A DNA stretch of 64,000 bases from Octopus vulgaris (Eukaryota), in the NCBI GenBank assembly GCA_951406725.2, contig OX597816.1, positions 17,174,001 through 17,238,000 of the forward strand, read 5' to 3'. The position numbers were made by a program, and so were the translations under genes. Numbering within the stretch: the stretch's first letter is position 1; every line of letters begins with the position of its first letter. Below the pieces are notes generated by a model that had not been told where the DNA came from, searched no databases, and worked only from the letters and a program-made list of their open reading frames with translations. Shown here piece after piece: positions 51,432 to 64,000 of this stretch.

Positions 51432-51580
51432 TAATAATAATAATAACAACATCAAAAAATATCTTAGGAATGAGAATCTAGGTTTGAAATTTTCCCAAGA
51501 TTCCTGATAAAGGCTGGAGGGTATATCAGCCAAAGTGTTATGTTAACAACAAACAAGATGAGGACAAATATCCATCAAGT
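50146..51580 (+). mobile_element. tRNA-head/(AAT)n/hammerhead element, copy 3, with Dong-like insertion 2
   Basis: Head TAAGAGCACGGGCTACTAACCCC..GAGTTCGATTCC..GTGACCTG at 50146-50201; body AACATCAAAAAATATCTTAGG...GGACAAATATCC at 51448-51575. Confidence 0.8.
50277..51356 (+). pseudogene. Second, divergent R4/Dong-like element (CCHC + endonuclease), 5'-truncated, one frameshift near 50727
   Basis: WQEKPLYGKY...LKSETEGFIIAAQDQ...CRVC..ETIDHVVSKC..RHD, then RPDIIL..LLIDMTVP..KLSKYKDL..PVVIGA; (AAT)n on both sides. Confidence 0.9.
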
Positions 51581-51841
51581 TTTATACAAGATTGGAAACA
51601 AATGATACCACTTATATGACAATGAGACTTGTTTACAACTCTCATGCAATGTGAAGACAAAGAGGCACAAACACATATATATGCACACACATACATGCAC
51701 ACACATATATACACACTCACATACATGGGTGCATACATATATAAATACATGTATGCGTGTGTGAATGAGAGGATGTATTTCTGCATATCGTTATACTGTG
51801 TTACTGACAATGAAATTGTGTTTGCATGGTATCACTTAAAC

Positions 51842-52523
51842 TAGTGGTTCCCAAACTTTTTGGGGCTGTCGCCCCCTTGACATCTATGTCACCTTCCTAG
51901 CACGCCCACTCCAACTAACCATCACAAACATAGAGCTCTTTCTGAAGCAAATTCAAAGCAACTGTATTTCACAAATAAAACTTAACTTTAGTGGCTGTGT
52001 GGTAAGTAGCTTGCTTACCAACCACATAGTTCTGGGTTCATTCCCACTACGTGGCACCTTGGGCAAGTGTCTTCTACCATATCCTCAGGATGACCAAAGC
52101 CTTGTGAGTGGACTTGGTAGACGGAAACTGAAACAAGCACATTGTATATATGTATATATATGTATGTGTGTATATATGTTTGTGTGTCTGTGTTTGTCTC
52201 CCCAACATCACTTAACAACCGATGGTTGTATGTTTACATCCCCATAACTAGCAGTTTGGCAAAAGAGGCCGATAAAATAAGTACTAGGCTTCCAAATAAT
52301 AAGTCCTGGGTTTGATTTGCTCGACTAAAAGGTGGTGCTCCAGCATGGTCAAACGACTGAAACAAGTAAAAGAGTAAAAGATTAAAAGAGTAATAAACCC
52401 ATTATTTTGTTGTTTTTTACATGAATTGCTACCCCATTATCAACCCCCACCTTTTCTTCAACACCCCTTTGGAACTTTCTATCAATCCCGAGGGGTCAAT
52501 ACCACTCGCTTTGGGAACTAATG
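51842..52523. mobile_element. Second hAT-like MITE copy containing a family A SINE at 51990-52392
   Basis: TIR TAGTGGTTCCCAAA / TTTGGGAACTAATG; interior homologous to 41160-41851. Confidence 0.7.
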
Positions 52524-52836
52524 ATGTTTCACACTGGGAGGACCAGTGGAATATTGATATCTTGCTTGAAAAGCAAATAGGGTGGTAGCAGCAGAAAAGA
52601 TACCAGGCTGCAGGATATTGCTACAGGAAGTCTTGACAAATGTATGCCAGAATGAGGAAAGTGTGCGTAAAAAACGTGATGATGATGATGATGATGATGA
52701 TATGACAAACATAGTAAAAATTATACTTTGGCTGAAGAATTTCTCTTTGTAGATTTTAGTTTTTCTTTATAATTTATAGATTATGTATATATATATATAT
52801 ATATATATATAAATCTTTCTCTTCTCTCTCAATCTC

Positions 52837-52912
<76 letters not shown>

Positions 52913-52979
52913 TATGCATAATATATGCATATATATATATGTGTGTGCATATATATATATATATGTATACATGTATATA

Positions 52980-53070
<91 letters not shown>

Positions 53071-53200
53071 GTGTGTGTGTGTGCATGTATGTATGTATAT
53101 GTTTATATATTCAAGCATAGTTCTAATATATTTTGCAGCTTTAGATTTTTAAAAATAATCAGTGGTTGTTAATAAAACACTGCACATACACACACACTCC

Positions 53201-53245
<45 letters not shown>

Positions 53246-54169
53246 CATACATATCTTGTTTCACAATAAATTTTCATATGAAATGGAAATCTATATAAGT
53301 TGGCAGACAATCATAGCATTTTGTTACTTCTTAACATAAAAGTTCAATTTTTTAAAAGCAGTCTTGAATTTATTTAATCTAAATTTTTTTTTCCTCTTCT
53401 CTATTTTCTTTTTTTTTTCATCTTTTTTTTTTTTTTTTTGTTTTTCATATCTACTCGGGAATTCTATATTTTATCTATGAGAAATATTGTTAGCACTGAA
53501 AGTAAGAATCTTGAAATATACCCATTATCATATGTTTATTTATTCAACTAAAAACTAAAGTTAAACAAAAACACAACCTATCTATATAATAATATTTACC
53601 TGTGAGATAACAGCAAAAACTTCCACATTATTGCTTTTGAAAAAACACTCTCCACTTGTGAAAAATGCATGGGAAAATATTTGGCAAAAGTAAACAATTT
53701 CCAGTTATATCATTTGATTTGTTATCAAATGTAAGCAAATTATAAGCAATATTTTTTTAATCATCTCTTTATATTAATATTAATTTTCTTCTATTGCATT
53801 TTTTATGTTTGCCAAAAACTCTCATGGAGTCATGAGAAATTTATTTTTTCCTGCCAAAGTAAACAATACGAAATTAGATTATTGTAAAAACAAAAACCAA
53901 AAACAGAAATTAGAAATGAGTTATTAGTTATAAAATGTGTAAGCAAATTATAAAAATATTATTTATTCATTTTATATAAGACTAGATGTCACAGTGGTTG
54001 GCCTTTCTTGTTGTTGGTTGATAGTGTTGCAAAAACAGTAACTTAGCCACCTTTACTATGGCTGAGATGTTTCCAGAAGGAATTTCCTTGCCTCAAGTAT
54101 ACTAAACCTCTTTCCACTCATGGATAAGCTATAAAGGAAAGATGAGTCAGTAGTATTAAGGAAAGATAA

Positions 54170-54272
54170 GTTAGGTGTTTCACTCATAAACACACACATC
54201 ACTCGGTCTGAGATTTGAACTCACGATCCCTCAACCGTAAGTCCTCTGCTCTAACCACTAGGCTATGTGCCT
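54170..54272 (-). mobile_element. tRNA-derived SINE head of another family
   Basis: Reverse complement GAGGCACATAGCCTAGTGGTTAGAGC...GAGTTCAAATCTC. Confidence 0.6.
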
Positions 54273-57251
54273 CTACCAAATGGTGCTGCAGGGTATGTCA
54301 GATATTGGTTAAGTATAGTTGTACATATCTGCCTTAAGGTCCCTTTCTCTGGATTTTCTGTAGGGATTTACATCTTTAGACCTATTAAAATGTTCAATAA
54401 ATTACTTCACAAGGCAGCATGAATTTGTTTTAGAAGGTTTCAATAATTAAACTATGGCCATGCTGGGGCACCACCTTAAATGGTTTTAGTCAAAGAAATC
54501 AACCCCAGTACTTACGTTTATTTCCTTTTTTTTTAAAAATCTGGTACTTATTTTATTGGTGTCTTTTGCTGAACCACTAAGTTACAAACCCTTACCAGTT
54601 GTCAAACAGTAGAAGTGGTGGTGGTTGTGGTGAAGCAAACACAGACACCTCCACACAAAAACACACACATGCAAACAAACGCACACACACACACACACAA
54701 ACATACACACACAAACACACACACACACATGCATACACACACAAAAACATACGCACAACACACACACACACATTTATATATATATATATATGTATGTATA
54801 TGACAGGCTTCCATACCATTTCTATCTACCAAAATTCACTCAAGGCATTGGTCAGCCCAGGTTTATAGTTGGAGACACTTGCCCATGCTGCCACAGTATG
54901 GGATTGATCTCAAAACTATATGGTTACAAAGCAATCTTCTAAACCACACAGCCATACCTGCGTCTACGTAATATATAATCATGTAATCATGTGACCAACC
55001 AGGCTATCAAATGCTGTCACACATCGCTGGCCACAGTGCGCTTTTGCATTGATTTAGCCTTCAAATGATGCCAGCTCGCTGGCTAGATGAGCAGGTCAAC
55101 ATTCCCCTGACTGAAAAGGGGACTGTAGCAATGTGAAAAGAAATGTTTTGCTCAAGAACAAAACGTGCCGCCCAATCAGGGAATCAAACCCACGATCTAA
55201 CAATCGTGAGTGCAGCAACCTAACCACTGGGCCACTCACCCCTTCACTTAATATGTAATAAGTAAACAAAATAATCAGATTCATTTTGAAGAGTTTTGAC
55301 CACCTGGGAAAGCATAGTCATTGACATTATTTTAAACAGAGTGGTTCTTATCAGGTATTTGCTAATTATAACAATGATACAGAAAGAAGCAAATATAATT
55401 ACAAACACTAAAACAGAATTAGTTTAGTCTTGCTGTAAGTTTGAAGGGAAAATGTCTTCTATAGTACCTTCAGGTACAGTCAAGTTTCCATCATCATCAT
55501 CATCATCATCATTATCATCATCATCATCGTCATCATCATTGTCGTTGTCATCGTTGTCGGCAGCATCGTCATCATCGTTGTCATCGTCGTCATCGCTGTC
55601 ACCATCACTGTCATCATCGTCATCAATTTAATGTGTATGTTTTTTCATGGAATTTGTGGTGGCAGATTTTCTATGGCTGGATGTCCTTTCTGTCACCAAC
55701 CTTTACCTGTTAACACCCAAAATCCTTTAAAACCACATAGTAGAAGACACTTGCCCAAGGTGCCATGCAGTGGGACTGAACCTAAATACACACAGTTAGG
55801 AAGCAAGCTTCTCCACCATACAGCTACATCTGCACCGCCATGATCACAAAATGGTAGACAGAAGCCTGTTGTGATGGGCTTGGGTGGGTAGGCTACATTG
55901 ATCAAATGATCTTTGGGTGCCTTTAATGGTATCCACTCTGTCGCTAGTATTCGAACTAGGTTTCCATTTTCTATTTATGGATTATCATGAATTGTAGGCT
56001 CTTCCTCTGAACCCCTCTACTAATCTTAATGTTTGACAAAAGAGGCACAGGTGCTGCTCCTCCTCCAATGAACAGGATTAAAAAATTATAAAAAAAAGAT
56101 AAGAAAATGGAGAAAAGAAAATAGATAAACAGAAAATGCCAGTAGTACGGGCTTAGATAGAAATCTCTGTTCCTGTAAAACTGGCACGCACAAACAGCAG
56201 GTGGGAAACAATGCTTTATCAAATAAATCTAAACGAAAAACCGAAATCTGAAATAGTTGTTTGGAAAATAATTTTATTAACAATTAACTAACTTTTATAA
56301 AACATTACCAGACTATAATACTGCTTGTTTGAATATTATTTAAAAACATTAAAGATATAGTGGGAGGATTCAATAAAGTTCCCGGCTAACAATTGAAGAG
56401 GTTTTGTGCTAAGCGAGATAAAATAGTTGTTGAGATAAGGGACAGAATTTAGGAGTAATTATGTTAGAATGAGATAAAAAGGTTATGTAATTTTCTTACA
56501 CAAAGAGCATACAGAGATTGGCAATAAAGCATTGAGGGCAGAATAATTTAATTTTGTAGCACTAGACTAACTAGATAATTGGCAAGTATTTTGGCTGTTT
56601 TGAGCTTTTCGGTTTAAACCAGGCAAAAGTCTATTATAACTTTGTGTAGTGTGAATAGATTAGAGTATCTTTTAGGGTATCTCGACTGAACAAAAGAATA
56701 ATGATTATATCAAACAACAGTCTTATAAAAGAAGAATCTTTGCACAGTTCTCCAAACAAGGAATTTTCTGATTCATTTGCTGAGGCATTTACTATATTAT
56801 TAGATTAGATCAAAGAATTTAAGTAAAATAAACTATAGTTCTTATAGTTCTCACACAAAACAGCACCATTAAATAAAAAAGTCAGTTTAGATTCCTTATA
56901 ATCAATGTATAGACACATGTTTTTCTAGTTGATCAATATGCCAAAGAATATGAATGAAGTCTAAGACCTCTATTAAAGAATTCTAGACTTAAATAGCAAA
57001 GATTGGATGATTGGACGTCTGGATACTAAGAATTAGAATTTGGCATCTTCTCACACTGAAATTAGGAAAATATTTCTTGATGCAGGTACGACTGTATGTT
57101 AAGTAGTCTGCTTTGTAATCATGTCGTTTCAAGTTCAATCTCACTGCCGGACACGTTGAGCAAGTGTCTTCTGTTAGAGACGTGGATTGACTAAATCTTT
57201 GTGAATGAAATTTCATCATCATCATCATCATCATTTAACATCCGCTTTCCA

Positions 57252-57479
57252 GTGGCGAGCTGGCAGAAACGTTAGCATGCCGGGTGAAATGCTTAGCTGT
57301 ATTTCATCTGCCGTTACGTTCTGAGTTCAAATTCCGCCGAGGTCAACTTTGCCTTTCATCCTTTCGGGGTCGATTAAATATGTATCAGTTACACACTGGG
57401 GTCGATATAATCGACTTAATCTGTTTGTCTGTCCTTGTTTGTCCTCCCTGTGTTTAGTCCCTTGTGGGTAGTAAAGAAA
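57252..57479 (+). mobile_element. Family B SINE nested in a family C fragment
   Basis: Family C ...CCGCTTTCCA is interrupted and resumes at ATGGGTTGGACG (about 57479). Confidence 0.8.
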
Positions 57480-57866
57480 TGGGTTGGACGATTTGACTGA
57501 GGACTGGCGAACCAGATGGCTGCACCAGACTCCAAAGAAATTATCATTTACCTCTCTCTCATTCATCCATCAACTAATCCATCCAACTATCCATACATAA
57601 TTTTATCTGCTTTGAAATACTCTTGAAAACTGATATTCAGATTGTGTTTTATCGTTTTACATTTCTCATTTGAGTTCACATGGTTGGGGTGGATTTTAAA
57701 AAGAAGAGATACCTGTAGGGAAAGAAAGAGAGGATGAAGGATTTGGTGAAGATAGGGGCCAACTCTTGGGTACATATTTTAGGGATAATGGAAAAGACAT
57801 TATCAGAGCCATTTGGTTTCATTGGTTCGAAGTGATCTGCAGTGCTTTTACTGTGGATGTGTATGT

Positions 57867-58191
57867 GAAGGCACGTGGCTTAGTGGTTAGGGCATTCGGC
57901 TCACGTTTGTAAGGTCGTGAGTTCAATTCCCGGCGACGCGTTGTGTTTTTGAGCAAGACACTTTATTTCACTTTGCTCCAGTCCACTCAGCTGGCAAAAA
58001 TGAGTTGTACCTGTATTTCAAAGGGCCGGCTTTGACACACTTTGTCTCATGCTGAATCTCCCTGAGAACTACGTTAAGGGTACACGTGGTGTCTGTGGAT
58101 TGCTCAGTCACTTGCACGTTAATTTCATGAGCAGGCTGTTCCATTGATCGTATCAGCTGGGACCCTCGTCATCATAACCAATGGAGTGTTC
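57867..58191 (+). mobile_element. Family D SINE, full length
   Basis: GAAGGCACGTGGCTTAGTGG..GAGTTCAATTCCC; TSD-like AT(G/A)TGTATGT. Confidence 0.85.
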
Positions 58192-58414
58192 CATATGTAT
58201 GTCTAGTGGTCAGTCTGGTTCAAAATGAAAAGACAGATTTACAAAGTGTGCAGAGTTGAATAAATAGCACCTGCAAATAAGGTGTGGTGGAGTCTTTCTC
58301 TCATGAAGTTCTGCTTACAGAACCATCATAGTTCGGAAAGAAAGTGAAATAAGATTCTAGGGTGCTGGAAAAGATTCTTTTGCCATAGGACCGAATATGT
58401 CATCAGCTACATCT

Positions 58415-58885
58415 TTAACCCTTTCTTTACCAACCTGGCTCTGGCTCAGTAGTACAAATGTCTTGTTTTCATAAGTTTTCAATTAAAATCTTCCACCAAA
58501 CCTTAGACACAATTAATGTTCCTAACACTAGCTGAATGATAACTAAGTTGTTTTACTAAATTCTTTGGTATATTTAAAGTAATTGAAAGAAACACAGAGC
58601 ACCTCAACAGAAATATGGTAACAAAAGGGTTAAAATATATAATAGAGAAACACTTCTTAACCCTTTCGATACCAACCCAGCTGAAACTGCCTCTGGCTCT
58701 GTAGTAGAAATGTCTTGTTTTCATAAGTTTTGAATTAAAATCTTCTACCAAACCTTAGTCACAATTTATGTTCCTGACACTAGCTGAATGATAACTAAGT
58801 TATTTTACTAAATTCTTTGGTATATTTAAAGTAATTGAAAGAAACACAGATCATCTCAAAATAAATACAGTAACGAAAGGGTTAA
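58415..58885. mobile_element. Two-unit array of the same piggyBac-like MITE as 12563-13527
   Basis: TTAACCCTTT...AAAGGGTTAA twice, with the same spacer and the same terminal variant. Confidence 0.8.
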
Positions 58886-59444
58886 AGATGGGAGGAATTG
58901 TGGATCTGAGTGACGAAGATGTATAAAAGCATCTTTTGTGATTTGGTTGATGATTGTAATGGAGTTACAATACTGGGAAATAAACAAACAATTTGAAAGA
59001 TTTGTGTGTAAGTGAGGTCCTTCAAGCATCATAGGCCCTAGTCTTTTTGTGACTGCTGCAATGCTACTATGAGTGGAATGTCAGGAGCACATGGGGCTAT
59101 GAATTTTGTTTGCATGTAGGATGTAGACAGCCATACATAAGAAGCTTCTCTCACCCAACAAGCTGTTTCTGATGTAATAAGAGTGAAGGGCACATGCTAG
59201 GTGGAGTAGATAAGAGAAATGGTTGAGTTTTGATGAGTTGACTGATTCGAAGTGATCTGGAGACTATGAACTGGGGAGGCCGTATATAGTTGTGACATGA
59301 TGACAACCATTAACCCCTTACTTCATGGGGACTAATCTTACTTGTTCCATACATATATACTTGTGTCAGGGCTACCAAGTTAATTTCTTTTTGATGGTGG
59401 GTTATTTTCCTGAATTCTCCACATTTCTTAGGATGCAGCATGCA

Positions 59445-59852
59445 CAGCTGGCAGAATTGTTAGCACGTGGGGCAAAATACTTAGCGGTATTTCGTCTGTC
59501 GTTACGTTCTGAGTTCAAATTCTTCCGAGGTCAACTTTGCCTTTCATCCTTTCGGGGTCGATAAATTAAGGACCAGTTACACACTGGGGTCGATATAATC
59601 AAATTTATCCGTTTTTCTGTCCTTATTTGTCCTCTCTGTGTTTAGCCCCTTGTGGGTAGTAAAGAAATAGGTATTTCATCTGCCGTTATGTTCTGAGTTC
59701 AAATTCCGCCAAGGTCAACTTTGCCTTTCAGCCTTTTGGGGTTGATTAAATAAGTACCAGTTACACACTGGAGTCGATGTAATCGACTTATTCCCTTTGT
59801 CTGTTCTTGTTTGTCTCCTCTATGTTTATTCCCCTGTGGGCAATAAAGAAAT
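59445..59852 (+). mobile_element. Family B SINE dimer
   Basis: Second monomer begins GGTATTTCATCTGCC after GTAGTAAAGAAATA. Confidence 0.85.
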
Positions 59853-60619
59853 TAAAAAAATATTTTTACTGACCAATAGAAAAAGTTTGTGAGAACTGAT
59901 TTGCATATGATTAGCATGGTTATATCACCAGCAAAAATTTAATCAGTGCAGCAACGGTGAAGTGAACAACATTTTGATGAGGAAGTCCAGTAAGACTGAA
60001 ACATAACCGGAATTGTCACCATGGTTACCAAACACCGTGCAACCAATTCTGCTGCTTCTTCAACTTATCTCTATTTAAATTTCGGTTGATTGAAATTTCA
60101 GGATTCTCTCCTTTGATACTTTTAAGAATAATTTTCATTAACACTAATTACTTTCCTTCTCATTAAGGTTCCAGGTGCAATTAACAGAAAATTATTTTTA
60201 GTTCTCTATCTCAATATCTCAAGTGTGATAGTATAAACTAATCAGTCCTCTTAATGCTATCATATGCATTAATTATACATAGACGTATGTAAAAGTAATT
60301 ACTCCTTACTAAAGGTTCAAATGACAGCAAATTTTGGTTCCCAGAGCGATAAGTTTGAATGTTGATATTAAAGAGAAGAGAAATCATAAATGTGACAACG
60401 TATAATCTTTGAACTGAGGAATGAGACATTCTGGATCTGTACAAGAATTTGTATTCCAACTCTGGTTATGTAGGAAACTGCTGATCAAGTTGAGAGAAAG
60501 GAATAAGGAGCCAGAATTATTTACTTAAAGCGAAGAAGCCAAAAGAGGATAAGACACCATAAAAATATTAAAAAAAATTGTATACAATGTTTGATGTAGG
60601 CTCAGCTGTAGCTGTCTGG

Positions 60620-60690
60620 TTAACCCCAAGATTCTGAGTTCAATTCTAGGCAGTGACCTGAATAATAATAATAACAATAATAATAGCAAC
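60620..60690 (+). mobile_element. Partial tRNA-like head plus (AAT)n of the hammerhead element
   Basis: TAACCCCAAGATTCTGAGTTCAATTCTAGGCAGTGACCTGAATAATAAT. Confidence 0.75.
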
Positions 60691-60890
60691 AACTACAATC
60701 CGGAATTCAGTGGTTGGTAAGCAAGTTACTTACCACAGAACCACTCTAAATGGTTGTGCTCCAGCATGGCCACAGTTCGTGAGCTGAAACTAGAGGAAAC
60801 AGAAAATATATAAATGTAAAGTTTGTTTCTAAACCATGTGATCTCGGGTTCAATCCCACTGTGTGGTACCATAAGCAGGTACCTTCTACT

Positions 60891-61782
60891 ATGTCCATCA
60901 CTCCTGAATGGGATTTGAGGTGAGTTATCTCACCAGTCTTTGACTTTCAGGTGTTTTAACACCCAGTGCTTTGAGGGAGTCATCCCTGCCGTGCTAAGTC
61001 ACAGCCTACCAGCAAACAAGCTAAGCTCATACAGTGTATATGTGTACTCAATAATGTTTACAATACTTGTGCTGTTTCTAATTCATATTTGAATTTACTC
61101 TTACATATGCATCATCATGACATACCAGCAAATGGTTTTTTACATTATTTGCCTATAGCCATGGAATGGTGATTCAGTTCGTATCCTACTCAATTCTGGG
61201 ACCTTATATTTATAAGCCACAAAAAAGCTGAAACATCGATGTCTATCAGTCCTAAATGGTATTTGGGATGATTTATCTCACCTGTCTAAGACTTTCAGGT
61301 GTTTTAACACCCAGTGCTTTGAGGGAGTCATCCCTGCCATGCTAGGCTGCAGCCTACCAGCAAACAAGCTAAGCTCATACACTGCGTATGTAAGCTCAAT
61401 AATGTTTACAATACTTGTGCTGTTTCTAATTCATATTTGAATTTACTCTTACCTATGCATCATCATGACATACCAGCAAATGGTTTTTTACAGTATTTGC
61501 CTATAGCTATGGAATGGTGATTCAGTTCATATCCTATTCAATTCTGGGACCTTATATTAATAAGCCACAAAAAAGTTGAAACATCGATGTCTATCACTCC
61601 TAAATGGGACGATTTATCTTGCCTGTCTAAGACTTTTGGGTGTTTTAGCATCTGGTACTTTGAGGAAGTCATACCCACCATGCTCAATCACAGCCTACTG
61701 ATGAACAAGTGAAATGCATGCCTTTAGTATGTGTGGTCGATAATGTTTACAACACTAGCACTGCTTCTAATTTTTCTTTGAA
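60891..61782. repeat. 348-bp tandem repeat, about 2.6 copies
   Basis: GACTTTCAGGTGTTTTAACACCCAG at 60942 and 61290; third diverged unit from about 61587. Confidence 0.9.
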
Positions 61783-61799
61783 TATATATATATCTTTTA

Positions 61800-62170
61800 T
61801 CTTTTTGTGACACCACTACATCACATATGAAAAATGACATTCGCTTAAATGGCAGCCATTTTCAGCTTTGCACACCCATGCTCTTTCCAAAACTGGCACC
61901 ACATCACCCTCAAGGGTTTCAGACCCCCACTTCTCTGATTTCTCTATTGATGTTCTCCTTCAGTTGCACAAGGGTCTCCAGTTTGTTGACACAAACCCTG
62001 TCTTTCAGGTATCCTCGCAAGATAGCTCTTCATTGGAAAGAAGAAAGGGAAATGTCCAGAGAAGCGCTTTTCCCTTACTCCTTGCTGACAAAGAGCTATG
62101 CTTGAAATGTCAAACTCTCTCTTTTCACTGAGCGCCAGGCCAATACATTTCTTGTGCATGACCTTACATT
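61800..62170 (-). mobile_element. Tc1/mariner transposase remnant
   Basis: LRGYLKDRVCVNKLETLVQLKENINREIRE...ERAWVCKAENGCHL. Confidence 0.65.
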
Positions 62171-62321
62171 CATTGTCTATTTGAATTGACTATTTACTGC
62201 ATGCTCAAATGGACCGTCCTCATCCTTCTGACTCTTCTGGAGTCCCTGATTCATGGATTTTTCTCTACTATTCGATTATATCACCATTTTATTCCTTCGG
62301 AGTATATCATTTCTGCACCAT

Positions 62322-62474
62322 AGGCTGTGTGGTAAGTAGCTTGCTAACAAACCACGTAGTTCCAGGTTCACTCCTACTGCATGGCACCTTGGACGAGTGT
62401 CTTCTACTATAGCCTCAGGCCGACCAAAGCCTTGTGAGTGGATTTGGTAGATGGAAACTGAAAGAAGCCCCTCG

Positions 62475-62506
<32 letters not shown>

Positions 62507-62722
62507 AGTGTGTGAGTGTGTGTGTGACGTTGTGTGTCCATCTTTTTACTCCCGATTTTGGTAAGTTTACGTCACCATAACTTAGCGGTTCAGCAAAAGA
62601 GATCTATAGAATAAGTACTAGGCTTACAAAGAATAAGTCCTGGGGTCGATTTGTTTGACTAAAGGCAGTGCTCCAGCATGGCTGCAGTCAAATGACTGAA
62701 ACAAGTATATAAGAATAAAAGA
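62322..62722 (+). mobile_element. Family A SINE; another head starts at about 63968
   Basis: GGCTGTGTGGTAAGTAGC...GACTGAAACAAG. Confidence 0.85.
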
Positions 62723-62747
62723 ATATATATATATATATATATATATA

Positions 62748-62983
62748 CAGGGTGGCCCAAATGTAGGCTTACAGTTATCATGTAGGCACTTTAAATTTCC
62801 TTTAATACATTTTATTACATTTAAATTTCTATCTTACAAACTGAAAAGGGAGCTTGACAAAATTAACTAAATTAGCATAGAATAATGGTTTTATATTTTT
62901 TTCATAATTAAGATCTAAACTGTTGATATATGAATGTGAAAGAGATAGCTGAATAACTGCAAACCTACTTTTGGGCCACTCTG
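62748..62983. mobile_element. Tc1/mariner-type MITE, 236 bp
   Basis: 31-bp TIRs CAGGGTGGCCCAAATGTAGGCTTACAGTTAT and, as reverse complement, CAGAGTGGCCCAAAAGTAGGTTTGCAGTTAT; TA on both sides. Confidence 0.9.
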
Positions 62984-63134
62984 TATATGTATAAAGAACA
63001 TGAGGGGTTTAGTTCACTGATAATCTAAAACAATAGGTTTTGTGCGATAATTGGTCATCCAATTAGGTTACAAGTTCACAGCTGAGGCTGGAGCTAGGGA
63101 TCCATAGTAGGCTTCTGAGCCAGCAGGTATATTA

Positions 63135-63656
63135 TTAAGGAAAAGGAAAACAAAATCAAAGCAGAAAGAGTATCTCAGGTCATTTAGAATATTCAATTAG
63201 AGTAAGGTGAATAAAAAATGAAGTAGAAGTAATTAATCAATTACTTATACTTCACCATTTTTGATTCACCCTACTCTAATTAAATATTTGAAATGACCTG
63301 AGATACTTCTCCTGCCTTCATTTTATTTTTCTTTCCCTTTAAATATATATATATATATATATTTATATAAATAAGGGTAAGATCCTTAATTTAATTATCA
63401 ATCTTATCAAGTGGCCAGCATGGGAATAAAAACCTTCAAATGTAATAATTATTATTAAAATTATAATTTAGGGTAACTAAGAGATATTTCCACGCTGGAA
63501 ATAGCAGCCAAAACTTGACTCTAGAACCACATTAAATGTTCCCATTAATGTGCATTTAGAGTCAAGTTTTGGCTGCTATTTCCAGTGTGGAGGTATCTCT
63601 TAGATACCCTAAATTATAATTTTAATTATATAAATATATATATACATACATACATA

Positions 63657-63740
<84 letters not shown>

Positions 63741-63868
63741 CATACATGCATGTATATATACATTTATATATATATATATATTGAAACAAGAGATTGGAAA
63801 TTTTTTGGTATTATTTATTCACCAATGGTGAATAAATAATATCAAAAGTTTTTCCAGTTTCCTGGTTT
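63135..63868. repeat. Three unrelated foldback hairpins (63135-63342, 63455-63625, 63784-63868) separated by TA/CA microsatellites
   Basis: For example TGGAAATAGCAGCCAAAACTTGACTCTA pairs with TAGAGTCAAGTTTTGGCTGCTATTTCCA. Confidence 0.85.
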
Positions 63869-64000
63869 TTATATCATTACTCTGCAGAAAGTATTTTCCG
63901 TTTTTTTTTTTAACATTTATGCATACCTCACACAAATATAACATCTACAAACAGGTTTGGAATATAACTACATGGTTCCGGGTTCAGTCCCACTGCATGG

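Larger units (their letters stand above)
57690..59290 (-). pseudogene. Old CR1/Jockey-like LINE remnant split by a SINE and a MITE array; extent beyond about 57860 is uncertain
   Basis: Minus strand 57720-57860 reads VKALQ...NGSDN...LKICTQELAPIFTKSFILS (with frameshifts), resembling the GPD..LK.C..ELAP motif upstream of RT. Confidence 0.45.

Noticed and set aside
59975-60008. Hammerhead-like ATGAGGA-AGTC-cagtaa-GACT-GAAAC
   Set aside because: It lacks C3 and has no convincing stem I or III; single copy.

Overview
AT-rich, microsatellite-saturated eukaryotic DNA. The repeat families resemble those of Octopus genomes; this is an inference from recalled repeat patterns, not a search result. I found no host exon, rRNA, true tRNA or CRISPR array, and nearly all short ORFs are microsatellite read-throughs. 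The window is a nested mosaic of mobile DNA: several tRNA-derived SINE families, RTE and CR1 LINE 3' fragments, three R4/Dong-like (RT + CCHC + restriction-like endonuclease) non-LTR elements, a decayed GalEa-like Copia gag-protease, Tc1/mariner derivatives, piggyBac-like and hAT-like MITEs, and foldback hairpins in (TA)n. One Dong-like element keeps an open ORF of about 605 codons. The most interesting structure is at about 45.0-51.6 kb. It is a non-coding element built as tRNA-like head + internal (AAT)n + minimal Penelope-type hammerhead ribozyme motif, present as a head-to-head pair plus a third copy. In every copy the (AAT)n has been invaded by other elements, twice by different Dong-like retrotransposons.
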